Shown: in pieces, positions 19,622 to 30,522 of the stretch
Position numbering within the stretch: the first letter of the stretch is position 1
Layout: each line of letters begins with the position of its first letter
Source: an uncultured Prevotella sp.
Lineage (GTDB): Bacteria > Bacteroidota > Bacteroidia > Bacteroidales > Bacteroidaceae
Direction: 5' to 3'
Assembly: GCA_905233555.1 (NCBI GenBank)
Contig: CAJODF010000014.1
Coordinates: 4,043-68,042, forward strand
Length of the DNA: 64,000 nucleotides
Position numbers and translations under genes: made by a program
Notes under the pieces: generated by a model
Databases searched by the model: none
What the model was told of the DNA's origin: nothing
What the model saw: the letters and a program-made list of their open reading frames with translations, nothing else

Positions 19622-20881
19622 TTATTCTACGACTTTTAGGCGGACCAACTCGATTTTTGTGGCGGTATTCTTGAGGATTTTAAACTCAAAGTGACCGATA
19701 CGCACCTGTTCGTTGAGTTTCGGGAACGACTGGTACTCATGGAGAATCAGACCGCCCAATGTCATATATTCCTCACTCTCCGGAAGGTCCAAATCGAACT
19801 GTTCGTTGATCTTCTCAATCTCCAAACGGGCAGAGAGCACATATTCATGGTCGCCTACCTGTTTCGACACCAGATTTGTATTGTCGTGCTCATCTTCAAT
19901 CTCACCTGTAATCTCCTCGACGATATCCTCCAAGGATACCAGACCAGAGGTACCACCAAATTCATCGACCACCACTGCCAGAGAGCGTTTCTCGGACATG
20001 AGGGTCTTCATCAGTTTAGAGGCGAGCATAGTCTCAGGGACAAAGGATATTTCCCTCACCAAATCGGCGCAGAGCGCTGATTTGGCCAGAAACATATCGG
20101 AAGAGTGAATATACCCAATGATATGGTCGATATCCTCATGATAGACAAGGATTTTGGAATGACCGGACTCGATGAAGGTCTGTTTGAGTTGTTCAATGGT
20201 GGTCGTATCCTCCACCGCATCAATCTCCGTACGAGGCACCATACAATCACGTACCTTTGTCTCAGAAAAATCGAGCGCATTCTGGAAGATCTTGACTTCC
20301 TCACCAATCTCATCCTCATCCTTTGCATTATCGATGCTGGACTGCACCAGATAGTCGAGATCGACTTTCGTGAACTCGCGTTCCCCACTGTTCTTGTCCA
20401 TGTGGACCCCAAAAAAGCGTAAGATACCTTTGGACAGTAAGGTAGCAAACCGCGATACCGGCCATAGAAGCACATAACATATCCAGGCAGGGATGGCAAA
20501 GAAGGTCAGCATCCGGTTAGGATTGCTCTTAAAGAAGGTTTTTGGCAGGAACTCGCCCGTAAAAAGCACGACCAAGGTTGAGAGGAGTGTATCACACACC
20601 ACCCGCATACCCTCATGGAGTGGTGCGAAAAGGGTCTGGTCGAAGATATGGGCAAAGAGGATACCATAGATGACCAAGGCGATATTGTTGCCCACCAGCA
20701 TCGTGGAAACGAAATTGCTGGGATGGGCATAAAAAATGTCAAGTGCCTTCTGGGCGATGGCATGTTTCTCCCGATCCATCTCAACCAACATACGGTTGGA
20801 CGAGACAAAGGCAATCTCCATGCCCGAGAAAAAGGCGGAGAAAAGCATTGCAATCAATAGTCCAACAATCAGCGCCGTCAT
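19622..20881 (-). CDS. HlyC/CorC (CNNM, DUF21-CBS-CorC) hemolysin-family protein
   Basis: SAFFSGMEIAF, LVGNN, GEFLPK, MVPR, VVDEFGGTSGLVSLEDIVEEITGEIEDEHD. Confidence 0.92.
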   Translation of the reverse strand: MTALIVGLLIAMLFSAFFSGMEIAFVSSNRMLVEMDREKHAIAQKALDIFYAHPSNFVSTMLVGNNIALVIYGILFAHIFDQTLFAPLHEGMRVVCDTLLSTLVVLFTGEFLPKTFFKSNPNRMLTFFAIPAWICYVLLWPVSRFATLLSKGILRFFGVHMDKNSGEREFTKVDLDYLVQSSIDNAKDEDEIGEEVKIFQNALDFSETKVRDCMVPRTEIDAVEDTTTIEQLKQTFIESGHSKILVYHEDIDHIIGYIHSSDMFLAKSALCADLVREISFVPETMLASKLMKTLMSEKRSLAVVVDEFGGTSGLVSLEDIVEEITGEIEDEHDNTNLVSKQVGDHEYVLSARLEIEKINEQFDLDLPESEEYMTLGGLILHEYQSFPKLNEQVRIGHFEFKILKNTATKIELVRLKVVE

Positions 20882-20886
20882 AATGG

Positions 20887-21540
20887 TCAATGGTTAATGT
20901 TTAATGTCTTTGCATGTTTGGTGGCCTGTGGACGCATAGGCATCTCGACCTGTCGGCTGGTATCTACAGGTGCGTTCTGAGCCTCATCCTTCTGTTCCAT
21001 CGACTCGGTGGTAAAAGAACCCTTGGAATTGGATACGATATAATGTGTCATCCGTTCGTCTGACAAGAAATACGTACCCTGGAGGGTGCGTTCTGGCGTG
21101 ATGACCCGGGAGAATACATTAGAATAAAGTTCGTGTTTGAGACCGTCCCAGTAGAGTTCCTGAGACTCGTAGAGCAGACCGTTGATGTTCCGGATACGAA
21201 CCCGTCCACGTAGGTGCCATAGTTTTTTCTGGTCATAATACCAGGCGGTATCGGCCTGGATATAGGCCTCCGTATGGAACTTCTCGTCGAACTGTTCAAA
21301 GAAAACCCCTTTCTCGAAGGTCCAGCGGGAGGGTTGTCGTACCGTATTCACATCCCAGCGTTCCGTGACTATACGGTACTTGATGACACCCGAGTCGCTG
21401 ACCAGCGTATTGACCCCATACGAGGTCATGACAGAGGCGGAATCGCGGTCATAGATGGCCGGAGCCGTGTGTTCTTGGACATCGTTACAACTAACGATTG
21501 CCATCGCGACTGCGATGGCAACGATTACTCGACTTTCCAT
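20887..21540 (-). CDS. lptC: LPS export periplasmic protein LptC
   Basis: SDSGVIKYRI, F.KG, IQADTA.Y, LWHLRGRV, ELYWD; usual Bacteroidales position upstream of the hemolysin-family and ppiD genes. Confidence 0.75.
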   Translation of the reverse strand: MESRVIVAIAVAMAIVSCNDVQEHTAPAIYDRDSASVMTSYGVNTLVSDSGVIKYRIVTERWDVNTVRQPSRWTFEKGVFFEQFDEKFHTEAYIQADTAWYYDQKKLWHLRGRVRIRNINGLLYESQELYWDGLKHELYSNVFSRVITPERTLQGTYFLSDERMTHYIVSNSKGSFTTESMEQKDEAQNAPVDTSRQVEMPMRPQATKHAKTLNINH

Positions 21541-22871
21541 TTTGCGAACCATCTCTCATTGAAAGTCAGGCCAATATTGATCCGGAAAGTGTTTTCACGA
21601 ATCATTCCTGTTGCGTAATTGTTCACGTATTGGGCACTGATATTGACGAACGGGAAGAACAACGAGGTGCGCGTGATGTAACTATTGGCAATGGGAATGC
21701 CGAAGCCAACGGTTGCACTAATCTGACGAGGTCCTTCCTGACCATTTATTTTATAATAAGGTGTAGTATAACTCGCACCGAATCGATAACGGATACGTTG
21801 GAAGATATTCCTGGCATTCCAACGGGGACAGTACTCACCACCCAAAACAAACTTATAACTATTGTCCAAAAGGTCACTGCGAAGGGCATACTGATTGTTG
21901 TAATAGTCGGGGAACTGGGTCTTGCCCCAGAACTGCGCCTGCACATCGGCTCCCACCAGCCACTTCTCGCCATGGGAATAGGAGAAGCCCGCACCAAAGG
22001 TATGAGGCAACTCCAAGGCATTGTTTACCTTCATCAACGTGGTGTCGTTCTTCGACACGGATGAGTTGGATGAGATGATACGGCACTCGGCATCAGTCCC
22101 CAACTTATGTCCCAGTCCGTAGGTAAGTCCTACGGTCAGCATATCCGTCTTGCTGATTTGATGGTCGTATTGCACACCAAAATCGAGGGTATAACTGTTC
22201 ACCTCCGCAGAGTAAATCTTGGCAAGTCTATTCACCGTGGAACCACTATTGGCCACCACCCCACGGTCGTAACCGCCCCAGATATAACCAGCATTCATGC
22301 CGACAGAGAGCGACTTGATCGGACGGACACCCAAGCCCACAAACAACTGGTGCAGACCGCCATCACCTTCATGGGTTGTCACCACCGTGGTCTGTTCATC
22401 CAACTTAGCCGTGGTACTGTAATTATATCCGACACTCGTCAGTGGCAGGATACCGAAGGTGGCACCGAGAACCTTGGAGATACGGAAAGAGCCCATAACA
22501 TACTCGAAATTGGCGGTTTTGGTCTTATCTTTCTTACCGGCATCGCTATAATTGGTAATCTGACCAGACAGTCCCATATCGAAGAGCATCGTCAGGGAAT
22601 CGGTCATCGCATAGGAGGCCGGGTTCAACGGGTTGACTAAATAACTGCGGTGCAAACCGATGCCCAGGCCATTCATACCCTGGTTCAAGCCACCACCTCT
22701 CTGGGCAATCTCACCTAATCCGAACTGACTGTAAGGTGATACTGTACCGCCTTGGGCGAAAGAGGCAATGGGGAACAGCATCGCCAGAATCACGATGGAA
22801 GTGAAAAGTGAAAAGTGAAAAGTGAAAAGTGGAGACTTTTCAGTCTGATTATATGATGATTTCTGTTTCAT
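21525..22871 (-). CDS. Outer-membrane beta-barrel protein (FadL/OmpP1-like Bacteroidales family)
   Basis: SPYSQFGLG, NPLNPASY, GILP...VGY, C-terminal LTFNERWF. Confidence 0.75.
   Translation of the reverse strand: MKQKSSYNQTEKSPLFTFHFSLFTSIVILAMLFPIASFAQGGTVSPYSQFGLGEIAQRGGGLNQGMNGLGIGLHRSYLVNPLNPASYAMTDSLTMLFDMGLSGQITNYSDAGKKDKTKTANFEYVMGSFRISKVLGATFGILPLTSVGYNYSTTAKLDEQTTVVTTHEGDGGLHQLFVGLGVRPIKSLSVGMNAGYIWGGYDRGVVANSGSTVNRLAKIYSAEVNSYTLDFGVQYDHQISKTDMLTVGLTYGLGHKLGTDAECRIISSNSSVSKNDTTLMKVNNALELPHTFGAGFSYSHGEKWLVGADVQAQFWGKTQFPDYYNNQYALRSDLLDNSYKFVLGGEYCPRWNARNIFQRIRYRFGASYTTPYYKINGQEGPRQISATVGFGIPIANSYITRTSLFFPFVNISAQYVNNYATGMIRENTFRINIGLTFNERWFAKWKVE
22801..22831. repeat. Perfect heptamer tandem repeat (GTGAAAA)x4 + GTG
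   Basis: Read directly; lies within the 5' coding region of the OMP gene. Confidence 0.95.
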
Positions 22872-22973
22872 TCAAATTAAGTTTTTTAATTCAGGGTGCA
22901 AAATTATCGAAAAAAAATCGAAATAATGGCTTTTTCCTCGAAAATATAAGTTATTTTTGCATAGAGACTGTTT

Positions 22974-24113
22974 GTGTTGGTTATCATATTGACAATCAGC
23001 GTATTGAACGGTTTTTCGCAAGAAACAGACCCTATGGACTCCGTGGAGGTCAGTCTGCTGACTTGTTCACCACATGAGGAAATATACAGTTTGTATGGTC
23101 ATTCGGCCATCCGATGGCACGACCTCCATCAAGATGGTCTCGGAAAAGGACAGGACCTGGTGTTCAACTGGGGCATGTTCAGTTTCAGCAAACCCTTCTT
23201 TGCCCTGCGGTTCGTGTTCGGCTTGACAGACTACGAACTTGTCTGTATGAATGCCAACACCTTCTTCCCCTACTACCGTCAGTGGGGCAGCAGTGTGACC
23301 GAACAAGTGCTCAACCTGACCGCAGATGAGAAAAGAAAGGTGCAACAGGCACTGGCCGAGAACCTGAAGTCCGAGAATCGGGTCTATCGTTATAATTTCT
23401 TTTATGACAACTGTTCGACACGTCCCAGAGATATCATTGAAAGGAACCTCAACGGTCAGATTATATGGGCGGAAAAAGAAGGTGACCAGCCCACCTTCCG
23501 GGAGATGGTCAGGACATGTAACCGGAACCACCTCTGGTCGAAGGCGGGTAATGACATGCTCTTAGGACTGAAGGCCGACCAGAAGACCAACCGTCAGGAA
23601 CAGGAGTTCCTACCCGTGAACCTGATGCAAGATATGGCACAGGCACAGATTTACGAAAACGGAGAGTACCGTCCGTTGGTGAAAGAACAGCGTACCATCG
23701 TACCACCGGGTGTCCAACTCATTGAGCCCGACTGGATTCTAACACCGACCCAGACGGCCATTCTGCTCCTCATCCTCTCAGTGGCTATCACATGGATAGA
23801 ATGGAGGCGCAAGAAGACCTTCAAATGGTTGGATGTGACACTGATGATGATACAGGGAATGGCAGGTATCGCCCTGACTGCCATGCTTTTCTCACAGCAC
23901 CCCACCACCACCCTGAACCTGAACTACCTGTTGTTCAACCCCCTGCCCTTCTTCTTTATCCCAAGTGTCATCCGTCGGAAAAAGACATGGTGGAAGGTGC
24001 AGATGACCCTGCTCGCCTTGTTTGCGGTGGGGGCCATTTTCCAGAGTTATGCAGAGGGCATGGGTTTTCTGGCATTATGTTTGCTGATTAGAATACTAGT
24101 TAATGAGAAATAG
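22974..24113 (+). CDS. lnb: DUF4105-domain lipoprotein N-acyltransferase (Lnb-like)
   Basis: VSLLTCSP, YGHSAIR (His), FNWGMF, YRYNFFYDNCSTR (Cys), FLP, C-terminal TM helices; next to the PafA-like gene and secA. Start codon uncertain. Confidence 0.75.
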   Translation: MLVIILTISVLNGFSQETDPMDSVEVSLLTCSPHEEIYSLYGHSAIRWHDLHQDGLGKGQDLVFNWGMFSFSKPFFALRFVFGLTDYELVCMNANTFFPYYRQWGSSVTEQVLNLTADEKRKVQQALAENLKSENRVYRYNFFYDNCSTRPRDIIERNLNGQIIWAEKEGDQPTFREMVRTCNRNHLWSKAGNDMLLGLKADQKTNRQEQEFLPVNLMQDMAQAQIYENGEYRPLVKEQRTIVPPGVQLIEPDWILTPTQTAILLLILSVAITWIEWRRKKTFKWLDVTLMMIQGMAGIALTAMLFSQHPTTTLNLNYLLFNPLPFFFIPSVIRRKKTWWKVQMTLLALFAVGAIFQSYAEGMGFLALCLLIRILVNEK

Positions 24114-25668
24114 ACATTATATATATATGATGGTGCTGGCGGCACTGGTGTTCCAGACCGAAGCACAGGGACAGGAGAAGATACAGTACGCTCCAAGGCT
24201 GGTGGTGAACATCACCATCGACCAACTGCGAACGGACTATCTGAAGGCCTTTGCCCCACTCTACGGTGCCGACGGTTTCAAACGTCTCCTGGCAGAGGGG
24301 CTGGTCTATGAGAATGCCTCCTACCCTTTCAGCAACACCGACAGAGCATCTGCCATCTCGTCAGTCATCACGGGTGTTTCACCCTATTATCACAGTATCA
24401 TCGGCGAGAGATGGCTTGACAAAGAGACACTCAGACCCGTTTTGTGCACCGACGATCCCAAGCAGAACGGACTCGACTCACCGAACCAGTTACTGGTATC
24501 AACCCTCGGCGATGAGTTGAAGGTTGCCACACAAGGACAAGCAAAAGTTTTCGCATTTGCCCCCCATAAGGACGCCGCCATCCTCTCAGCTGGTCATGCG
24601 GCCGATGCAGCCTTCTGGTTGGATACCCAGACAGGACAGTGGAAGACTAGCACGTATTACTTGAAGGAACTACCATCATGGGTACTGAGTAACAATGAAT
24701 TAAGGGCTCCGTCCGCCAATATCAGCAAAGTGGCCTGGGAACCCGTTATCGAACTCTCTGGTACCTTCAACTATTACCAACATGTGGGTGACCAGAAACC
24801 CTTTAAGCACCTCTTCAAGGGTGAAAGAAAATTCATCGAATACCAAGCCTCTGGACTCGTGAATTCGGACATCACCGAGATGGCCCAGCAGTGCGTGACC
24901 AACCATGGCGTGGGTTATGACCGTGTGACCGACCTGCTCTGTCTAACCTACTATGCAGGCACCTTTGATCACAAACCCGTGTCAGAATGTCAGTTGGAAC
25001 TGCAAGACACCTACGTGAGACTGGACCAAGAACTGGCCAAGCTCATCAGAAGTCTGGAAGGAAGACTCGGCGCAGACCACGTATTGTTTGTGGTTACCAG
25101 TACAGGTTATTGGGACGAGAAAAGCGCCGACTATGCCCAATACCGCATTCCAACGGGTACCTTATACATTGACAGGACTGCCAACCTGTTGAATATGTAT
25201 TTCGGGGCTCTTTGGGGACAGGGACGCTATGTAGAGACCAGTTTTAAGAACCAGATATTCCTGAATCACAAACTTTTAGAGTCCAAACGTATCAGTCTGA
25301 CCGATGCCGGACAGAGAGCCCAAGAGTTTATCAGTCAACTGGAAGGTGTCAGGAATGTCTATACCACCTTACAACTATTGAGTGGTGATAATCTACAAAT
25401 CTCCCACATCCGAAACGGATTCAACCCGGAGCGCAACGGGGATATCATGATTGAAGTATCACCCGGTTGGCACCTGGCGAATGAGACCACTCAGGAGCAA
25501 CAACTCTCAAGGGCCTCATTCACCCAGTTTCCGTTGATTATCTATGGCACCGGTATTCAGGCTGAGAACGTCAAGACACCCGTCACCATTGACCGTATCG
25601 CGCCTACCATTGCCAAGATTATCCGTATCCGGGCCCCGAATGCCTGTTCGGCAGAACCGCTTTTCTGA
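24103..25668 (+). CDS. Alkaline phosphatase superfamily (PafA-like) protein with a degenerate active site
   Basis: PRLVVNITIDQLRTDYL, GFKRLL..G, TLGDELK, AAILSAGH, IAPTIA. Confidence 0.8.
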   Translation: MRNRHYIYMMVLAALVFQTEAQGQEKIQYAPRLVVNITIDQLRTDYLKAFAPLYGADGFKRLLAEGLVYENASYPFSNTDRASAISSVITGVSPYYHSIIGERWLDKETLRPVLCTDDPKQNGLDSPNQLLVSTLGDELKVATQGQAKVFAFAPHKDAAILSAGHAADAAFWLDTQTGQWKTSTYYLKELPSWVLSNNELRAPSANISKVAWEPVIELSGTFNYYQHVGDQKPFKHLFKGERKFIEYQASGLVNSDITEMAQQCVTNHGVGYDRVTDLLCLTYYAGTFDHKPVSECQLELQDTYVRLDQELAKLIRSLEGRLGADHVLFVVTSTGYWDEKSADYAQYRIPTGTLYIDRTANLLNMYFGALWGQGRYVETSFKNQIFLNHKLLESKRISLTDAGQRAQEFISQLEGVRNVYTTLQLLSGDNLQISHIRNGFNPERNGDIMIEVSPGWHLANETTQEQQLSRASFTQFPLIIYGTGIQAENVKTPVTIDRIAPTIAKIIRIRAPNACSAEPLF

Positions 25669-25758
25669 TTTTCAGGTTAAAGATTGTTAAGCAATGGTAA
25701 AAATAGAAGGGTGAAGGGTGAAATAGAAGTGAAGTAAAAAACAAAATAAAAATAAGAT

Positions 25759-28700
25759 ATGAATTTCAACAAGATTTTAAAGTCATTGTTCGGTGACAAG
25801 TCATCGAGAGATATGAAACTGATTCAGCCGCTCGTGGAAAAGGCCAAGGCCTTCACGCCACAGGTTGAGGCCATGAGCAATGACGAACTTCGTCAGAGAA
25901 CGAAAGAACTGCAAAAGCAGGTACAGGCGTCAGCCACGGAACAGAAGGCACAGATAGCCGAACTGAAGGCTAAGATTGAAGACACCCCCATTGACGAGCG
26001 TGCCGACATCTTCGCCCAGATTGACAAAATTGAGAAGGAAGTACTGGAGATTTATGAAAAGGCCCTCGATGAGGTCATGTTTGAGGTATATGCCATCGTC
26101 AAGGAGACCGCCCGTAGGTTTGCAGAGAATGAGGAGACCATCGTGACTGCTACGGATTTCGACCGTGAACTAGCAGCCGACCCGAAGAAAGACTTTATTA
26201 CTATCGACGGTGACAAGGCCATCTACCACAACCACTGGACGGCTGGAGGTAATGACCTGAAATGGGAAATGATCCACTACGATGTGCAGTTGTTTGGTGG
26301 TGTCGTCCTCCATCAGGGAAAGATTGCCGAGATGGCCACTGGTGAAGGTAAGACCCTTGTGGCTACCCTCCCCGTATTCCTAAACGCCCTCACCGGCAAT
26401 GGCGTACACGTGGTGACTGTGAACGATTATCTGGCCAAGCGTGACTCTGAATGGATGGGACCGCTCTATATGTTCCATGGCCTGAGCGTCGATTGTATCG
26501 ACAAACACCAGCCCAACTCAGAGGAACGTCGCAAGGCCTATCAGGCAGATATCACCTTCGGTACCAACAATGAGTTTGGTTTCGACTACCTGCGTGACAA
26601 CATGGCCATCTCACCTCAGGATCTCGTACAGCGCAGTCATAATTATGCTATCGTCGATGAGGTGGACTCCGTGTTGATTGATGATGCCCGTACCCCATTG
26701 ATTATCTCCGGTCCGATTCCCAAGGGTGACGACCAGATGTTCGAGGAGTACCAGCCACTCGTGGAGAGACTGGTAGGCGTACAGAAGCAACTGGCCACCC
26801 AGTATCTGGCAGATGCCAAGAGTCTGATTACCGCCGGTAACCAACTCATGGAGGCAGGAAACAAGAAAGAAGGTCAGGAGAAACTCGATGCAGGTTTCCT
26901 CTCGTTGTACCGTTCCCACAAGGCTATGCCAAAGAACAAGCCCCTCATCAAATACCTCTCTGAGGAAGGTATCAAGGCCGGTATGTTGAAGACCGAGGAG
27001 ATTTATATGGAGAACAACAACCGTCGTATGCCGGAATGTATCGAACCTCTCTACTTCGTGGTTGACGAAAAGCTTAACTCCTGCGACCTGACCGATAAGG
27101 GAACCGGCTGGCTCGCCAAACAGGTGAACGATGCCGAACTCTTCGTGTTGCCCGACATCACCTCGGAACTCTCCGCTCTTGAGGCAGAGACTGGCATGAC
27201 AGACCAGGAACGTGTGGATAAGAAGGACGAACTGATGAACCACTATGCCGTTCAGAGTGAACGCGTCCACACCCTCCAGCAGTTGTTGAAAGCCTACTGT
27301 ATGTTTAATAAGGATGACGAGTACGTGGTCATCGACGGTGAGGTAAAGATCGTAGATGAGCAGACTGGCCGTATCATGGAAGGTCGTCGTTGGAGCGACG
27401 GACTGCACCAGGCTGTTGAGGCTAAGGAGCATGTGAAAGTGGAGGCAGCCACACAGACCTTTGCCACCATCACCCTACAGAATTACTTCCGTATGTACCA
27501 CAAACTGGCAGGTATGACCGGTACGGCTTCTACGGAGGCCGGTGAGTTCTGGGACATCTATAAACTCGACGTGGTAGAGATTCCCACCAACCGTCCTGTG
27601 ATCCGTAACGACCAAGATGACCGTGTTTATAAGACCGCCAGAGAGAAATACCGTGCCGTGATTGAGGAGATTGTGAAGATGCGTAACCAAGGACGCCCAA
27701 CGTTGATTGGTACCACATCGGTAGAAATCTCTGAGTTGCTGAGTCGTATGCTCGATATGTATCAGAATCCCGAGACTGGCAAGCGCGAGGGTATCCCCCA
27801 TCAAGTGCTGAATGCGAAGTTGCACCAGAAGGAGGCCGACATCGTGGCTCTCGCCGGACAATCGACCAACGGCAAGGGTGCTGTGACCATCGCCACCAAT
27901 ATGGCCGGTCGTGGTACCGATATTAAACTCTCGCCTGAGGTAAAGGCTGCAGGTGGTCTGGCCATCATCGGTACGGAACGTCACGAGAGCCGTCGTGTAG
28001 ATAGACAGTTGCGTGGACGTGCCGGTCGTCAGGGAGACCCGGGTTCATCCGTGTTCTACGTATCCCTCGAAGATAAACTGATGCGTCTGTTTGCCTCTGA
28101 GCGTATCGCCTCAGTGATGGACCGTCTGGGTTTCAAGGACGGAGAAATGATTGAATCGCCGATGATCTCCAAGAGCATCGAACGTGCCCAGAAGAAGGTG
28201 GAAGAAAACAACTTCGGTATCCGTAAGCGTCTGATTGAGTACGATGACGTGATGAACAAACAACGTACCGTCATTTACGAGAAGCGCCGTCATGCCCTCA
28301 TGGGAGAGCGTATCGGTATGGATATTGCCAATATCATCTGGGACCGTGTGGTTAATATCATCGAGAATTCCGGTGACTATCAGGGTTGTAAGGAAGAGTT
28401 CCTGCACATCCTCTCAATGGAGGTACCCTTCACCAGCGACGAGTTTATCAACCAGCCGCGTGAGGTGCTGACAGAGAATGCCTTCCAGGCTGCCATCGGC
28501 AATTTCAACCGTCGTATGGAGAAGGTACAGAGCATCGCCCAGCCCATCATCAAGAGCGTCTATGAGAATCAGGGACACATGTACGAGCGTATCATGGTTC
28601 CCATCACAGATGGACGTAGGATGTTCAACATCCCCTGTAACCTGAAGGAGGCCTACGAGACGGATTCGAAATCAGTGGTGAAGGAGTTCGAGAAGTCCAT

Positions 28701-29148
28701 CCTATTACACATCATTGATGACTCCTGGAAAGAGAACTTGCGCCAACTCGACGAACTGAAGCACTCTGTACAGAATGCCTCTTACGAGCAGAAAGATCCG
28801 CTGTTGATCTTCAAGTTGGAGAGTGCGAAGGTGTGGGATGCCATGATCAACGAGATGTACAACCGTATCACGAGTATTCTGACCCGTGCCCAGATTCCAG
28901 AGATGCAACAGGTTCAGGAGGCTGCTCCTGAGCAGAGAACCCAGCGCAACCAATATACAGAATCGAAGCAGAACGTCAATGAGGAGCAACTCACTGATCC
29001 CGGTCAGGCTGCCGCTGCCCGCAGCGACACCCGTGCCCAGCAGCCCAGGACACCTATCATCAAGGACAAACTGCCCGGACGAAACGATCCCTGTCCCTGT
29101 GGCTCTGGTAAGAAGTTTAAGAATTGTCATGGAAAAGGAATAGTATGA
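25759..29148 (+). CDS. secA: Preprotein translocase ATPase SecA
   Basis: [43 protein letters not shown] motif [18 protein letters not shown]. Confidence 0.99.
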   Translation: MNFNKILKSLFGDKSSRDMKLIQPLVEKAKAFTPQVEAMSNDELRQRTKELQKQVQASATEQKAQIAELKAKIEDTPIDERADIFAQIDKIEKEVLEIYEKALDEVMFEVYAIVKETARRFAENEETIVTATDFDRELAADPKKDFITIDGDKAIYHNHWTAGGNDLKWEMIHYDVQLFGGVVLHQGKIAEMATGEGKTLVATLPVFLNALTGNGVHVVTVNDYLAKRDSEWMGPLYMFHGLSVDCIDKHQPNSEERRKAYQADITFGTNNEFGFDYLRDNMAISPQDLVQRSHNYAIVDEVDSVLIDDARTPLIISGPIPKGDDQMFEEYQPLVERLVGVQKQLATQYLADAKSLITAGNQLMEAGNKKEGQEKLDAGFLSLYRSHKAMPKNKPLIKYLSEEGIKAGMLKTEEIYMENNNRRMPECIEPLYFVVDEKLNSCDLTDKGTGWLAKQVNDAELFVLPDITSELSALEAETGMTDQERVDKKDELMNHYAVQSERVHTLQQLLKAYCMFNKDDEYVVIDGEVKIVDEQTGRIMEGRRWSDGLHQAVEAKEHVKVEAATQTFATITLQNYFRMYHKLAGMTGTASTEAGEFWDIYKLDVVEIPTNRPVIRNDQDDRVYKTAREKYRAVIEEIVKMRNQGRPTLIGTTSVEISELLSRMLDMYQNPETGKREGIPHQVLNAKLHQKEADIVALAGQSTNGKGAVTIATNMAGRGTDIKLSPEVKAAGGLAIIGTERHESRRVDRQLRGRAGRQGDPGSSVFYVSLEDKLMRLFASERIASVMDRLGFKDGEMIESPMISKSIERAQKKVEENNFGIRKRLIEYDDVMNKQRTVIYEKRRHALMGERIGMDIANIIWDRVVNIIENSGDYQGCKEEFLHILSMEVPFTSDEFINQPREVLTENAFQAAIGNFNRRMEKVQSIAQPIIKSVYENQGHMYERIMVPITDGRRMFNIPCNLKEAYETDSKSVVKEFEKSILLHIIDDSWKENLRQLDELKHSVQNASYEQKDPLLIFKLESAKVWDAMINEMYNRITSILTRAQIPEMQQVQEAAPEQRTQRNQYTESKQNVNEEQLTDPGQAAAARSDTRAQQPRTPIIKDKLPGRNDPCPCGSGKKFKNCHGKGIV

Positions 29149-29855
29149 TTACGATTAGCAATTTAAAGAAGGCGTTTGGCGAAACCATCGCCTGTGACAT
29201 TCCTGAGTTTACCATCAACGATGGGGATATCTTAGGTCTCGTGGGTAACAACGGCGCCGGAAAGACCACACTCTTCCGGATGATTCTCGATCTGCTCAAG
29301 CCCGACGAAGGCACCGTGAACATCAACAGCATCAACCCTGCAGAGAGTGAGGAGTGGAAGGACCTGACTGGAGCCTATGTCGATGAAGGTTTCCTCATCG
29401 ACTTCCTGACACCGGAGGAGTATTTCGCCTTCCTCGGCAAGGTAAATAACATTACGCAGGAAGAAGTAGATGAACGACTCAAACCCTACGAACGATTGGC
29501 CAGTGACGAGATTTTCGGTCAGAAGAAACTCATCCGCAACCTCTCGGCAGGTAACAAACAGAAAGTAGGCATCATCGCTGCCCTGTTTATGAAACCCAAA
29601 CTGGTGATTCTGGACGAGCCCTTCAACTTCCTCGACCCATCATCGCAGAATGTATTGAAGCATGTGTTGACGACCTATGCCAAGGATAACAACGCCACAC
29701 TGCTCATCTCCAGTCATAATCTGGCCCACACCATCGACATCTCCACCCGCATCGCCCTGTTGGAGAAAGGACGAATCATCCGTGACCTGCCCAACGAGTC
29801 AGGCAGTGCCAAGACCGAACTGGAAAACTATTTTGAGACAGAAGCAGAGGGTTGA
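29145..29855 (+). CDS. ABC transporter ATP-binding protein
   Basis: [25 protein letters not shown]; ATG at 29145 overlaps the secA stop (ATGA). Confidence 0.92.
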   Translation: MITISNLKKAFGETIACDIPEFTINDGDILGLVGNNGAGKTTLFRMILDLLKPDEGTVNINSINPAESEEWKDLTGAYVDEGFLIDFLTPEEYFAFLGKVNNITQEEVDERLKPYERLASDEIFGQKKLIRNLSAGNKQKVGIIAALFMKPKLVILDEPFNFLDPSSQNVLKHVLTTYAKDNNATLLISSHNLAHTIDISTRIALLEKGRIIRDLPNESGSAKTELENYFETEAEG

Positions 29856-30379
29856 TTCTCTTTCTGTTTTTCAGGTATGGCAATTGCCAGATGGACTTGC
29901 ACCTCGCAAGTACCGTCTGGCAATTCTCTTGATAGGACAAGTACTGGAAAAGCATCCGACAGCGTCTCTTGGGAAATGCTCTTGATACGGCTTTTCATGG
30001 CTTGTTGACTCTCAGCCTCACCGTTCTCACCTTGAACATTTGTCTGAATCACATTCGTTTCAGAAGCGACCAAGGTACTCAACCGACTGGCAATTCCCCT
30101 TAAAGCTTTTGCATGCGCACTGGTATAGCCCAGATGATAGGTCTTAGCCTTCTGTGTGGCAGACTCTACAATATAGAGTGTATCATTCGTATATCGTTGG
30201 AGGTCAGCAAATTGCTGTTCCATATCCTTCTCGCCGTCGTTCACAGTCCATCCCTCTTTCTTAAAGACCTTGGCCTGCTTCTTCGCTTCCTTGGTCACGG
30301 TGGTCTGTGCCCATGCTGCTGGCATTAGGAGCGACAGTGCCATGAAAGCCATCAGTATTCTCTTTCCATTACCTTTCAT
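29828..30379 (-). CDS. Secreted hypothetical protein, LPP20-like; paralog of 42277-42876
   Basis: Signal peptide ending AWA-Q; KEAKKQAKVFKKEGW and SRELPDGTCEV match the 42277 protein; own -7 box at 30403-30410. Confidence 0.7.
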   Translation of the reverse strand: MKGNGKRILMAFMALSLLMPAAWAQTTVTKEAKKQAKVFKKEGWTVNDGEKDMEQQFADLQRYTNDTLYIVESATQKAKTYHLGYTSAHAKALRGIASRLSTLVASETNVIQTNVQGENGEAESQQAMKSRIKSISQETLSDAFPVLVLSRELPDGTCEVQVHLAIAIPEKQKENQPSASVSK

Positions 30380-30402
30380 CACAATAATTCATTAGTTCAA
30401 CG

Positions 30403-30482
30403 CAAAGATAGATATATTTTTATTTATCAGACGAAAAAAACGGTACGAAAATGCATTTCTTTAGAAAAATTTCGTATCTTTG
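30403..30482. promoter_or_regulatory. Divergent pair of -7 promoter elements
   Basis: TATCTTTG on minus (30410-30403) and on plus (30475-30482). Confidence 0.65.
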
Positions 30483-30522
30483 CACCAAAATGATAAAAAT
30501 TAACTAAAAAAATAACTATAAG

